The translations under genes and the position numbers were made by a program. From assembly GCA_002315915.1 (NCBI GenBank), contig DCIB01000002.1, forward strand, positions 20,752 through 84,751: a stretch of DNA of 64,000 nucleotides. Reading direction: 5' to 3'. This DNA comes from Bacillales bacterium UBA1737 (lineage in GTDB: Bacteria > Bacillota_I > Bacilli_A > ML615J-28 > CAG-313). The notes under the pieces are model-generated. The model was given only the letters and a program-made list of their open reading frames with translations. It was not told the origin of the DNA and did no database searches. Below, in pieces: positions 47,599 to 57,989 of this stretch (positions are counted from its first letter, which is position 1; every line of letters starts with the position of its first letter).

Positions 47599-49031
47599 TA
47601 ATATTATATATTGTTTTAGGACTTTTAGTAGTATTTATTGGGGTTGTATTAGTTAGAACTTTAACTTTCAAACCTCATAATAATGTTAAAGTATTAGATA
47701 ATGAAGAAAAATTTGATGGGGATGCTGCAGTAAAAACTTTACAGGCATTAGTTAAATTTAAAACTATATCATTTGATGATCCAGAAAAAGAAGATGCAGA
47801 AGAATTTGAAAAATTAATTAATGCATTACCGGGATTATTCCCTAATGTTCATAAAGTATGTGAATTTAAGAGATTTCCAGATCGTGGTATCTTATTTAAA
47901 TGGACAGGTAAAAAACATGATAAACCTTCTGTTATGATGGCACATTTCGATGTAGTACCAGTTAATGAAGATTTATGGAAAAAAGATCCTTTTGCTGGAA
48001 TAATTGAAGATGGTGTACTTTGGGGTCGTGGAACTATTGATACAAAAGCAACATTTAATGGTGTCTTAAGTGCAGCAGAAAATCTTATTAAAGATGGATT
48101 TGTTCCTGAAAATGATATTTATTTCGCATTCTCTGGTCAAGAAGAAACTGGTGGGCCAGGAGCAATTAATATTGTTAATTATTTTAAAGAAAATAATATT
48201 TTACCTGCACTTGTTGTAGATGAAGGTGGAGCAGTAGTTGAAGATATATTCCCAGGTGTTAAAGCACCTTGTGGATTAATAGGTATATCTGAAAAAGGAT
48301 TAGTTAATTTTACTTACTCTACTAAATCTAATGGAGGTCATGCATCTGCACCTAAACCTCATACTCCTGTAGGTGTTCTTGCACGTGCATGTAAAAGAGT
48401 TGAAGATCATCCAATGCCAATGCATATAACTAAACCAGTTGCAGAAATGTTTGATACTTTAGGAAGACATTCTAGTTTTGTATATAAAATGATATTTGCA
48501 AATCTATGGTGTTTTAAAGGAGTATTAGATGTATTATGTAAAAAAACTGGTGGAGAATTAAATGCATTAATGCGTACTACTATCGCATTTACTCAAATGG
48601 AAGGATCATCTGCTCCTAACGTTATTCCTCCAGCAGCATCTATGGTATCTAATATCCGTATTAATCCTGCTGATACAATTGATTCGACTATCGCTTATTT
48701 AAATAAAGTAATAGATGATGAAAATGTAAAAATTTCATATGTAGCTGGAGATAATCCATCTACTATATCTGAAACAGGATGTGATGTATGGGATAAAGTA
48801 GCAACAGCTGTTGCATCTACTTGGAAAGGATGTATCGTATCACCTTATTTAATGGTACAAGGATCTGATTCAAGAAGATATAGTGGATTCTGTGATCATG
48901 TATATAGATTCTCTGCTCAAGATATGACAGCAGAAGAACGTTCAACTATTCATGGTAATAATGAACGTATTAGATTAGATGTTATTAAACGTGCTGTAGA
49001 ATTCTATATTAGATTAATGAAACAATGCTAA
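47595..49031 (+). CDS. M20-family metallopeptidase with N-terminal membrane anchor
   Basis: HFDVVP, GRGTIDTKA, SGQEETGG, VDEGG. Confidence 0.8.
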   Translation: MIILYIVLGLLVVFIGVVLVRTLTFKPHNNVKVLDNEEKFDGDAAVKTLQALVKFKTISFDDPEKEDAEEFEKLINALPGLFPNVHKVCEFKRFPDRGILFKWTGKKHDKPSVMMAHFDVVPVNEDLWKKDPFAGIIEDGVLWGRGTIDTKATFNGVLSAAENLIKDGFVPENDIYFAFSGQEETGGPGAINIVNYFKENNILPALVVDEGGAVVEDIFPGVKAPCGLIGISEKGLVNFTYSTKSNGGHASAPKPHTPVGVLARACKRVEDHPMPMHITKPVAEMFDTLGRHSSFVYKMIFANLWCFKGVLDVLCKKTGGELNALMRTTIAFTQMEGSSAPNVIPPAASMVSNIRINPADTIDSTIAYLNKVIDDENVKISYVAGDNPSTISETGCDVWDKVATAVASTWKGCIVSPYLMVQGSDSRRYSGFCDHVYRFSAQDMTAEERSTIHGNNERIRLDVIKRAVEFYIRLMKQC

Positions 49032-49035
49032 AAAG

Positions 49036-49065
49036 AAAGGTAATCGAGAAATCTCGATTACCTTT
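49036..49065. terminator. Bidirectional terminator between the peptidase gene and uvrA
   Basis: AAAGGTAATCGAG (49036-49048) / CTCGATTACCTTT (49053-49065). Confidence 0.8.
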
Positions 49066-51885
49066 TTATATTAATTTATGTTTTAAATATTTACCAGTTA
49101 GTGATTCTTTTACATTAACTATTTCTTCTGGAGTACCATATGCAACAATATTTCCTCCATTATCTCCACCACCTGGTCCTAAATCTATGATAGTATCAGC
49201 AAGTTTTATAACATCTAAGTTATGTTCAATAATAATAACTGTTGCTCCTTGATCTACTAATCTATTTAGAATATTCATAAGTTTTTGAATATCATATGAA
49301 TGTAATCCTGTTGTTGGTTCATCTAGGATATAAATTGTATTACCATTAATACGTTTATATAATTCAGATGCAAGTTTTACTCTTTGTGCTTCTCCACCGG
49401 ATATTGTTGTTGCACTTTGTCCTAATTTCATATATCCTAAGCCAACATCATAAAGTGTTTTTAGTTTAGATTCAATAGCTGGTATATTTTTAAAGAATTC
49501 ATAAGCATCTTCAATAGTCATATCAAGTACATCTGCTATTGTTTTATCTTTATATTTACATTCTAGTGTTTCTTGATTATATCTTGCGCCATGACAAGAA
49601 TCACATTCTACATATACATCTGGTAAGAAATTCATTGATATTCTTAAAACTCCATCTCCACCACATTTTTCACATCTGCCACCTTTAACATTAAAACTAA
49701 ATCTAGATTTTGTATATCCTTTTAGTTTCGCTTCTTTAGTTAAAGAGAATAAATCTCTTATTGGATCAAATACTCCTGTATAGGTTGCAGGATTAGATCT
49801 AGGAGTTCTACCTATTGGTGATTGGTCAATATTAATTATTTTATTAATATTATCTATTCCATCAATTGAATCATATAATCCTTCATCTAGTTTTGAGTGG
49901 TTTATTTTATTTGCTAAAGCATTATATAATATATCATTAATTAAACTTGATTTACCAGAACCAGATACTCCAGTAACAAGTACTAATTGATGTAGTGGTA
50001 TACTAACATCAATATTCTTTAAATTATGTTCTTTAGCACCGTGTATTGTAATAAAATCATCTGTTTTAGGACGTCTTGATGAAGGGACCTCTATTTTTAA
50101 TCTACCAGATAAGTATGCTCCTGTTAAAGAATCTTTATTATTTTTAATATCTTCAACTGTTCCTTCAGCAATAACACTTCCACCATGAACACCTGCATAT
50201 TTACCTATATCTAATATATAGTCTGCTTCTTTCATTATTTCTTCATCATGTTCAACTACTATTAAAGTATTACCTAAATCACGCATTTCTTTAAGTGAAG
50301 ATATTAATTTAGCATTATCAGATTCATGTAAACCTATACTAGGTTCATCTAATACATAAAGTACACCAGTAAGACGAGATCCAATTTGTGTTGCAAGTCT
50401 TATTCTTTGAGCTTCTCCACCTGATAAACTACCTGCTTTTCTATTTAAAGTTAAATAATCAAGACCAACATTTTTTAAAAATGATAGTCTTGTTTTTATT
50501 TCTTTAAATACAAGATTACCTATTTTTTTATCAGTATCAGATAGTTTTAATGATTCAATAAAATCTAATGCTTTAGTGATAGAATTTTCTGTAAATTCAT
50601 ATATATTTTTATCACCAATTCTAACACTTAATATTTTATCATTTAATCTTTTTCCAAAACATGTATTACATGTTACTTCTTTCATATAAGAACTATAATA
50701 TTCTTTCATAAAAGTACTTTTTGTTTCAAAGTATCTTCTCTCTATTAGATCTACAATACCTTCGATCATTTGATTTTTCTTATATGTAGCCCCACCTGAT
50801 GTAGTTATTTGATAACTAATAGGTTCTGTTGATCCATGGAATATTAAATCAAGTTCATTATCTGTATATTCTTTTAATGGTTTATATATATCAATTTTAT
50901 AGTAATCACATAATTTTTTAAATAATTGCCATTCAATATCTTCTGTAAATACCATATTTTTTAAATATTTGATTCCACCATCTGCAATACTTAAATTAAA
51001 ATCAGGTATAAGTTCATTAATATCTAGCTTATATGTTGCACCTAATCCATGACATGTAGGACATGCTCCTAATGGAGAATTAAAACTAAACATAGTTGGT
51101 TCTAATTTAGGAATAGTAAAATCACAATAAGGACAACTATATTGTTCTGAAAATAATAATCGTTCGTTATTAATATCTACAAATATCTTACCATTAGATA
51201 AATTACAACCTGCTTCTACTGATTCATATATTCTAGATCTTGAATCTTCTTTTAATTTTAATCTATCAATCACAACTAATATATTATGTTTTTTATTTTT
51301 ATCTAAAGATATTTCTTCATCTAATTCATATAATTCATCATCTATATATACTTTTGAATATCCATCTTTTCTTAATATTTCTAAAGTTTTTTCAAAAGTA
51401 CCTTTTTTCTCTTCAGCAATTGGAGATAATATAATAATAGTAGAATCAAGTGGATAAGAAGTTATCTTATCACACATTTCTTCATATGTTTGGCTAGATA
51501 TTTCAATATTATGAATAGGACAAGTAGGTTTACCAATTCTAGCATATAAAAGTCTTAGATAATCATATATTTCAGTAACAGTACCAACTGTTGAACGAGG
51601 GTTTTTTGATGTTGTTTTTTGATCTATAGAAATTGAAGGAGATAATCCTTCAATTACATCAACATCTGGTTTATCTACATTATCTAAAAACATTCTTGCG
51701 TAGGCAGATAAACTTTCAACATATCGACGTTGTCCTTCTGCATAAATAGTATCAAAAGCTAGACTAGATTTACCTGATCCTGACACTCCTGTCATTACTA
51801 CTAATTTATTTTTAGGAATAATACAATCTATATTTTTTAAATTATTTTCTCTTGCGCCTTTTATTATAATGTTATCATTACTCAT
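49066..51885 (-). CDS. uvrA: Excinuclease ABC subunit A
   Basis: Two ABC modules (GVSGSGKSSL twice, LSGGEAQR twice) and zinc-finger cysteine pairs. 939 aa. Confidence 0.97.
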   Translation of the reverse strand: MSNDNIIIKGARENNLKNIDCIIPKNKLVVMTGVSGSGKSSLAFDTIYAEGQRRYVESLSAYARMFLDNVDKPDVDVIEGLSPSISIDQKTTSKNPRSTVGTVTEIYDYLRLLYARIGKPTCPIHNIEISSQTYEEMCDKITSYPLDSTIIILSPIAEEKKGTFEKTLEILRKDGYSKVYIDDELYELDEEISLDKNKKHNILVVIDRLKLKEDSRSRIYESVEAGCNLSNGKIFVDINNERLLFSEQYSCPYCDFTIPKLEPTMFSFNSPLGACPTCHGLGATYKLDINELIPDFNLSIADGGIKYLKNMVFTEDIEWQLFKKLCDYYKIDIYKPLKEYTDNELDLIFHGSTEPISYQITTSGGATYKKNQMIEGIVDLIERRYFETKSTFMKEYYSSYMKEVTCNTCFGKRLNDKILSVRIGDKNIYEFTENSITKALDFIESLKLSDTDKKIGNLVFKEIKTRLSFLKNVGLDYLTLNRKAGSLSGGEAQRIRLATQIGSRLTGVLYVLDEPSIGLHESDNAKLISSLKEMRDLGNTLIVVEHDEEIMKEADYILDIGKYAGVHGGSVIAEGTVEDIKNNKDSLTGAYLSGRLKIEVPSSRRPKTDDFITIHGAKEHNLKNIDVSIPLHQLVLVTGVSGSGKSSLINDILYNALANKINHSKLDEGLYDSIDGIDNINKIINIDQSPIGRTPRSNPATYTGVFDPIRDLFSLTKEAKLKGYTKSRFSFNVKGGRCEKCGGDGVLRISMNFLPDVYVECDSCHGARYNQETLECKYKDKTIADVLDMTIEDAYEFFKNIPAIESKLKTLYDVGLGYMKLGQSATTISGGEAQRVKLASELYKRINGNTIYILDEPTTGLHSYDIQKLMNILNRLVDQGATVIIIEHNLDVIKLADTIIDLGPGGGDNGGNIVAYGTPEEIVNVKESLTGKYLKHKLI

Positions 51886-52048
51886 AATTTTATATTCCTT
51901 TCGTATCTTTATATTATACCAAAAATATATGATTTTTTAGTTTCATTTACTAATAAATTCTCTATAAAACACTCATATGCCATTATAAGCACTCTTTATG
52001 AATAATACATATATAATTGTTATAATAATTATATATATGGAGAATAGT

Positions 52049-52630
52049 ATGAATAATAATTTAGATGATAAAGATTTAGAAAAAGAAGAAGAAAATAATA
52101 CTCCAAATAATAAGAATAATATTAATGATAAAATCAAAATAGATATATTTGAAGAATCTGATGAAGACTTTATAGAAAACTTAACTAAAAATAAAAATGT
52201 TAAAGCATTAAAAATAGAATTTCCATCACCTATATCTAATGATTTCTTTATTGAATTAATAGTAGAATTAGTAATATTTGTCATATTATCTTTTACTTTT
52301 TCAACTTTATTTAATTCATATGAAATATCGTTATTAAATGAATTATTAATATTTATAATAAGTTTTATCCCTTGTTTTATAATTCATTATTTTTTAAAGA
52401 AAAAATATATGATGTTATATATATTATCTTTAGGATCCTTTGAATTTATTGTAAATTTTTTATTCTTTGTAATTGTTATTTTAGTTACTAAAAAATTAAT
52501 AGTATTTGGATTTGATAATACATTAATGATATATATATCATTTATATTTTCATATATAGGATATAAATTCATATTAAAATATATTTCTAAAAAATTATTA
52601 TTAAAAAAGAGTAAGAAAAATGGAAAATAA
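52049..52630 (+). CDS. Hypothetical membrane protein with acidic/Asn-rich N-terminus
   Basis: Start placed at ATG 52049 (GGAGA 6 nt upstream, TATAAT further upstream). Four hydrophobic segments in the C-terminal half. Confidence 0.45.
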   Translation: MNNNLDDKDLEKEEENNTPNNKNNINDKIKIDIFEESDEDFIENLTKNKNVKALKIEFPSPISNDFFIELIVELVIFVILSFTFSTLFNSYEISLLNELLIFIISFIPCFIIHYFLKKKYMMLYILSLGSFEFIVNFLFFVIVILVTKKLIVFGFDNTLMIYISFIFSYIGYKFILKYISKKLLLKKSKKNGK

Positions 52631-53276
52631 AGTATTAATATTTGATTGTGATGGTACAGTTCTTGATACTTATGAATTAATAGAACATATTGTATTAGAT
52701 ACTTTTCATACTTTATTACCAGATTATCCTATATCTTTAGATGAAGCACATTCTTTTTTTGGACCATATATAAATGATACATTTAAAAAGTATGAAAAAT
52801 ATGGTCATAGTGTAGATGAATATATAAATGTATATGCTATGTATGCAGAAAAATATACAGAAAAGTATATTAAAGCTTATCCAAACATTAAAGAATCGTT
52901 TATAAAATTAAAAGATTTAGGTTATAAGATAGTAATTATATCTAATAAAATATCTAAAGAAGTATACCGGGGATTACATATATGTGGTTTAAATGATTTA
53001 GTTGATGATTGTGTAGGAGCAGAATGTGTAAAGAATGCTAAACCAGATCCAGAAGGTATTAATTTTATATTAAATAAATATAATGTAAAATCATCTATCA
53101 TTTTTGGTGATACCAAAAATGATATAGATGCTGGAAAAAATGCAGGTATATATACTTGTGGTGTATGTTGGTGTCAGACAAAACAAAGTGATTTTATTAA
53201 ATTTGGTGCTGATGAAATTATATCTGATCCAAAAGATATTGTATTAATTGGAGAAAAATATGCAAGAATTATTTGA
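52620..53276 (+). CDS. HAD-superfamily phosphatase (PpaX/Gph-like)
   Basis: LIFDCDGTVLDT motif I, ISNK motif II, GDTKNDIDAGKNAG motif III. Confidence 0.75.
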   Translation: MENKVLIFDCDGTVLDTYELIEHIVLDTFHTLLPDYPISLDEAHSFFGPYINDTFKKYEKYGHSVDEYINVYAMYAEKYTEKYIKAYPNIKESFIKLKDLGYKIVIISNKISKEVYRGLHICGLNDLVDDCVGAECVKNAKPDPEGINFILNKYNVKSSIIFGDTKNDIDAGKNAGIYTCGVCWCQTKQSDFIKFGADEIISDPKDIVLIGEKYARII

Positions 53277-54171
53277 TGTAATCGTAATTGGTTCTGGTCC
53301 TGCTGGGATGAGCGCTGCATTATTTTTAAAAAGATCTAATGCAAATGTCTGTTTAATAGAAAAAGGTATGCCTGGTGGCAAACTTGTATGGACATCTGCT
53401 GTTGAAAATTATCCTGGTTTTAAAGCTTCTACTGGTGTTGATTTAGCTCAAATTATGTATCAACAAATGATTGATGAAAATGTTACTCGTTTAAAAGCAG
53501 AAGTATTAGATATTATTAGATTAGAAGATGGATCTTTTAATGTAATTACATCAAAAGACTCAATGTATGCTAAATTTGTAATATTTGCTGCTGGATCAAA
53601 GGTTAGAAGTTTGGGCGTAAAAGGTGAAGAACGTTTTAAATCTAAAGGTTTATCTTATTGTGCTATATGTGATGGATCATTATATGAAAATGAAGATGTA
53701 GTAGTAATTGGTGGGGGAACTAGTGGATTTGAAGAAGCTTTATATTTATCTAAAATATGTAAAGGTGTTACATTAATTTCTAGATCTGAAACTTATAAAG
53801 CCCCAACTAGACTTGTAGAAAAAGCATCACATACTAGAAATATAACTCTATTAAATAATAAACAAATAGAAGAATTTATTGGAGATAAGTATTTAGAGGG
53901 TGTATTAATAAAAGATAAAATAACAGGTTTTAAAGAAGTAATACAAACACATGGAGCATTTATTTATATTGGATTTGATCCAACAAGTTCAATGCTTGAA
54001 AAATATGGTGTACTTGATGAAAAAGGTTATATTTATGTTGATGAAGGTAGAGAAACTAATGTTCCACGTTTATATGCTGCAGGAGATTGTATACATAAAA
54101 CTACTCGTCAAGTTATTACTGCTGTTGCAGATGGTGTAATTGCAGCTGTTGGTATTATTAGAAAATTATAA
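53260..54171 (+). CDS. trxB: Thioredoxin-disulfide reductase
   Basis: GSGPAGMSAA, redox CAICDG, GGGTSGFEEA. Start at ATG 53260 after GGAGA. Confidence 0.9.
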   Translation: MQELFDVIVIGSGPAGMSAALFLKRSNANVCLIEKGMPGGKLVWTSAVENYPGFKASTGVDLAQIMYQQMIDENVTRLKAEVLDIIRLEDGSFNVITSKDSMYAKFVIFAAGSKVRSLGVKGEERFKSKGLSYCAICDGSLYENEDVVVIGGGTSGFEEALYLSKICKGVTLISRSETYKAPTRLVEKASHTRNITLLNNKQIEEFIGDKYLEGVLIKDKITGFKEVIQTHGAFIYIGFDPTSSMLEKYGVLDEKGYIYVDEGRETNVPRLYAAGDCIHKTTRQVITAVADGVIAAVGIIRKL

Positions 54172-54174
54172 TAT

Positions 54175-55110
54175 ATGTCATTTGCAAGTGAAGTTAAAAA
54201 AGAATTATTAGATATTTCTGATTTAGATAATTGTTGTAAAAAAGCATTAGTATTAGGATTTTTAAAATTATCTAGTGAAATTATAATATCTAATAAAGAA
54301 GTTAAATTATTAATTAAAACAACTATTAGTAATGCTTTAACACAAATATTACCATTATTAAAAGAATGGTATAATGTAGAAGCAGAAATATCATATTATG
54401 ATGAAGAATCTTTATCAAAAAGAAGATTCTATAGAGCAATTATATCTAATGCTTCTAGTATTATTAAAGCTTTTTATTTAATGCCTACAGATGAATTAAA
54501 ATTATCGTATGATTTATTAAAAAAATCTTGTTGTAAGAGTGCTTTTTTAAGAGGATGTTTTATTGCAAAAGGTTCTATTAATGATCCTAGAAAAAACTCA
54601 TATCACTTTGAAATATCTTCATTTGATTCTGATATAGCAGATTTTATTAATTTATTATTTAGAAATAAAGATATTCACACACAAATTATTAATAGAAGAA
54701 ATAATTATGTAGTATATATTAAAAGAAGTGAAGATATATCTAATGCTTTAGCATATATTGGTGCTGATTCTGGAGTGTTTTATTTTGAAGATCAACGAAT
54801 TGTTAGAGATGTATCTAACATGGCTAATAGAATGACTAACTGTGATATATATAATGAAACTAAATGTGCATCAACATCTGATGCACAATTAGAAGCTATA
54901 AAATATATAAGAGATAATATAGATTTTAATCAAGTACCAGTAAGACTTCAAAGTATAATTTTATTAAGAGAACAATATCCTGATTCTTCTTATGAAGAAT
55001 TAAGTATATATTCTGATAATATATTTGGAAAAACTTTATCTAAATCTGGTATATCTCATTGTTTAAGAGATTTATTAACTTATTATAAAAATATTAGGAA
55101 AACTATTTAA
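54175..55110 (+). CDS. whiA: DNA-binding protein WhiA
   Basis: MSFASEVKKEL N-terminus, degenerate LAGLIDADG-like core, C-terminal HTH (LSKSGISHCLRDL). Confidence 0.9.
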   Translation: MSFASEVKKELLDISDLDNCCKKALVLGFLKLSSEIIISNKEVKLLIKTTISNALTQILPLLKEWYNVEAEISYYDEESLSKRRFYRAIISNASSIIKAFYLMPTDELKLSYDLLKKSCCKSAFLRGCFIAKGSINDPRKNSYHFEISSFDSDIADFINLLFRNKDIHTQIINRRNNYVVYIKRSEDISNALAYIGADSGVFYFEDQRIVRDVSNMANRMTNCDIYNETKCASTSDAQLEAIKYIRDNIDFNQVPVRLQSIILLREQYPDSSYEELSIYSDNIFGKTLSKSGISHCLRDLLTYYKNIRKTI

Positions 55111-55129
55111 CAATAGTTTTCCTATTTTT
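55096..55129 (+). terminator. Rho-independent terminator overlapping the whiA stop
   Basis: AGGAAAACTATT (55096-55107) / AATAGTTTTCCT (55112-55123), then ATTTTT. Confidence 0.7.
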
Positions 55130-55206
55130 AGTGGGTAATAATACATTAAAAATAATTAATAAATAAAATTAATTTACACAAAATTAAATATAAATTAGTA
55201 TGATAT

Positions 55207-55235
55207 TTGCATAGATATTTAATAATTGATAAAAT
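55207..55235 (+). promoter_or_regulatory. Sigma-A-type promoter of the nucleoside ABC operon
   Basis: TTGCAT (55207-55212), 17-nt spacer, TGaTAAAAT (TAAAAT 55230-55235). Confidence 0.55.
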
Positions 55236-55241
55236 ATATAT

Positions 55242-55260
55242 GACAAGATAATTAATTGTC
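55242..55260 (+). promoter_or_regulatory. Inverted repeat over the predicted transcription start
   Basis: GACAA (55242-55246) N9 TTGTC (55256-55260). Confidence 0.3.
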
Positions 55261-55293
55261 GTTTCATAAAACAGGGAGGAATTAAGTAATTTT

Positions 55294-56385
55294 ATGAAAA
55301 AATTTTTACTTGCTTTAATAGCATTAGTAGCTGTTTTCGGTTTTGCTTCATGCTCATGTGGCGAAGAAGCTGAAATTGCTGTTGTAACTGATGTAGGTCA
55401 GTTAAATGATGGTGGATTTAACCAAGGTACTTATGAAGGTGCTGTAGCATTCGCTGAAGCAACTGGAAAAACTTATAAATATTATCAACCAGCTAATGGT
55501 TCTGATGCAACTGATGCAGACCGTGTTGCTGCTATGAATTTAGCTATTGAAAATGGTGCAAAAGTTATTGTTACACCAGGATTCTTACAAGCTGCTGCAA
55601 TTGAAACAGTTGCTACAGCTAATCCAGACGTTAAATTTGTTTTCGTTGATGGATGGGCAATTGGATTAGATAATGTAACTGCTATTTCTTATAAAGAACA
55701 AGAATCAGGATATTTTGCTGGTTATGCTGCAGTTAAAGATGGATATACTAAACTTGGTGGAACATTCGGTGGTGGTGGTACTAATGCTGCTTGTAACCGT
55801 TTTGCATATGGATATGTTCAAGGTATTAAAGCTGCTGCTGCAACTTTAGCTGATGGCGCTGTAACTGTTAAAATCAGTTTCAAATATGGATCATCATTTA
55901 GTGCATCATCTAATTTAGCTCAACAAATAAATGGTTGGTATGTAAATGGTACTGAAGTTGTATTCTCTTGTGGTGGATCAATGCTACAAAGTGTTAAGAA
56001 TGCTGCTGCTTTAAATGATAACAAAAAAATTATTGGTGTTGACGTTGACCAATCAGGAGAAGGTACAAATGTTATTACTTCAGCTGTTAAAGGATTAAGC
56101 GTTTCTGTTAAAACTATTTTAGAAAAATGGAATGACGGAAAATGGGATGCTGAACTAAAAAATACATGTTCTGTTCTTGGAGCAAAAGAAAATTCTACTG
56201 GTTTACCAACTGCTACTGGATCATGGAGATTTACAAACTTTACTGTTGAAAATTACACTGAATTATTTAATAAAGTAGTTGATGGAACTATTACAATTGA
56301 TGATACTATTCCTTCAGGTGGTGTTGATAATGTTGCATTCTGGGATGCATTAGATGACACTAAAGTTGACATTACTTGGGAATAG
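55294..56385 (+). CDS. BMP-family (PnrA/Med-like) nucleoside-binding lipoprotein
   Basis: Lipobox FASC (Cys20). VVTDVGQLNDGGFNQ, GVDVDQS. Codon usage of a highly expressed gene. Confidence 0.85.
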   Translation: MKKFLLALIALVAVFGFASCSCGEEAEIAVVTDVGQLNDGGFNQGTYEGAVAFAEATGKTYKYYQPANGSDATDADRVAAMNLAIENGAKVIVTPGFLQAAAIETVATANPDVKFVFVDGWAIGLDNVTAISYKEQESGYFAGYAAVKDGYTKLGGTFGGGGTNAACNRFAYGYVQGIKAAAATLADGAVTVKISFKYGSSFSASSNLAQQINGWYVNGTEVVFSCGGSMLQSVKNAAALNDNKKIIGVDVDQSGEGTNVITSAVKGLSVSVKTILEKWNDGKWDAELKNTCSVLGAKENSTGLPTATGSWRFTNFTVENYTELFNKVVDGTITIDDTIPSGGVDNVAFWDALDDTKVDITWE

Positions 56386-56410
56386 ATAAATAAAAAATAT
56401 ATTAATATTT

Positions 56411-56434
56411 CACCCCATATACATGGGGTGTTTT
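56411..56434 (+). terminator. GC-rich hairpin between binding-protein and ATPase genes (intra-operon attenuator)
   Basis: CACCCCAT (56411-56418) / ATGGGGTG (56423-56430) then TTTT. Confidence 0.6.
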
Positions 56435-56453
56435 AACTATAAGGAGATTATAT

Positions 56454-57989
56454 ATGAATGATTATGTAATTGAAATGCGAAATATAACTAAAGTCTTCCC
56501 TGGTATTATTGCAAACGATCATATAAATTTAGCTCTAAAAAAAGGAGAAATACATGCTCTTTTAGGTGAAAATGGTGCCGGTAAATCTACTTTAATGAGT
56601 GTATTATTTGGATTATATCAACCTGAAGAAGGACAAATTTTTAGAGATGGAGAAGAAGTTAAAATTTCAGATCCAAATGTAGCGACAAAACTTGGAATAG
56701 GAATGGTACATCAGCACTTTAAATTAGTAGAGTGTTTTACTGTATTAGATAATATTATTCTTGGTGTTGAAGATACAAAACTAGGAATGGTAAATAAAAC
56801 TGAATCTAGAAAAAAAGTTGAAGAGTTATCTAAAAAATATGGATTAAATGTTGATTTAGATGCATTAGTATCAGATATTACTGTTGGTATGCAACAAAGA
56901 ACTGAAATTCTTAAGATGTTATTTAGAGATAATGAAATACTTATTTTTGATGAACCAACAGCAGTTCTTACTCCTCAAGAAATTGATGAGTTAATGAATG
57001 TTATGAGAAATCTTAAAGCAGAAGGTAAATCTATTTTATTTATTTCTCATAAATTAAATGAAATTAAATCTGTAGCTGATAGATGTACAATTTTAAGAAA
57101 AGGTAAATATATTGGTACTGTTGAAACTAAAACTACATCTAAAGAAGAATTATCTTCAATGATGGTTGGTAGAGATGTTAAATTTACAGTTGATAAAGAT
57201 CCATCAAAACCTACAGATGTTGTATTAGAAATTAAAGATTTATCAGTGAAAGGTAAACATCATAATAAAAATGCAGTAAACAATGTATCTATTTATGTAA
57301 AAAAAGGTGAAATTGTTTGTATTGCGGGTATTGATGGTAATGGGCAAACTGAATTTATCCATGCTTTAACTGGACTTGAAAAACAATCTTCTGGACATAT
57401 TCATTTAAATGGTGAAGATGTTTCTAATGAAAGTATTCATTATAAAAATACTCATGGTATTTCACATATACCTGAAGATAGACATAAACATGGACTTGTT
57501 TTAGATTTTACGTTAGAACAAAACATGGTATTACAAAGATTTATGGAAGATGAATTTCATAAACATGGATTTATTAAATTTGATGCAGTAAGAGAATATT
57601 GCAATAAATTAATAGATGATTATGATATAAGAAGTGGACAAGGTCCTTTAACTATGGCTAGAAGTATGTCAGGTGGAAACCAACAAAAAGCTATAGTTGC
57701 TCGTGAAATGGATAGAAAACATGATTTACTTATTGCAGTTCAGCCTACTCGTGGATTAGATGTTGGTGCTATAGAAGGAATTCATAGCAAAATAGTTAAA
57801 AAACGTGATGAAGGCGATGCTGTCTTACTTGTTTCACTTGAACTTGATGAAGTAATGAATTTATCTGATAGAATATATGTAATGTATGAAGGTGAAATAG
57901 TTGCTGAACTTGATCCTAAGAAAACAAATGTTCAAGAATTAGGATTATATATGTCAGGCGCAAAACGTAGTGATTGGAGGTCAATGTAA
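56454..57989 (+). CDS. ABC transporter ATP-binding protein, duplicated ATPase (nucleoside/sugar type)
   Basis: GENGAGKST and GIDGNGQTE Walker A, MSGGNQQK signature. Confidence 0.9.
   Translation: MNDYVIEMRNITKVFPGIIANDHINLALKKGEIHALLGENGAGKSTLMSVLFGLYQPEEGQIFRDGEEVKISDPNVATKLGIGMVHQHFKLVECFTVLDNIILGVEDTKLGMVNKTESRKKVEELSKKYGLNVDLDALVSDITVGMQQRTEILKMLFRDNEILIFDEPTAVLTPQEIDELMNVMRNLKAEGKSILFISHKLNEIKSVADRCTILRKGKYIGTVETKTTSKEELSSMMVGRDVKFTVDKDPSKPTDVVLEIKDLSVKGKHHNKNAVNNVSIYVKKGEIVCIAGIDGNGQTEFIHALTGLEKQSSGHIHLNGEDVSNESIHYKNTHGISHIPEDRHKHGLVLDFTLEQNMVLQRFMEDEFHKHGFIKFDAVREYCNKLIDDYDIRSGQGPLTMARSMSGGNQQKAIVAREMDRKHDLLIAVQPTRGLDVGAIEGIHSKIVKKRDEGDAVLLVSLELDEVMNLSDRIYVMYEGEIVAELDPKKTNVQELGLYMSGAKRSDWRSM

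Noticed and set aside
49025-49252. 75-aa plus-strand ORF overlapping the 3' end of uvrA and the bidirectional terminator
   Set aside because: It runs through the terminator hairpin and is antisense to the conserved second ABC domain of UvrA. No support as a gene.
51886-52048. Possible SOS (LexA/DinR) box upstream of uvrA
   Set aside because: I looked for a CGAAC-N4-GTTCG-type motif in the uvrA upstream region and found none.
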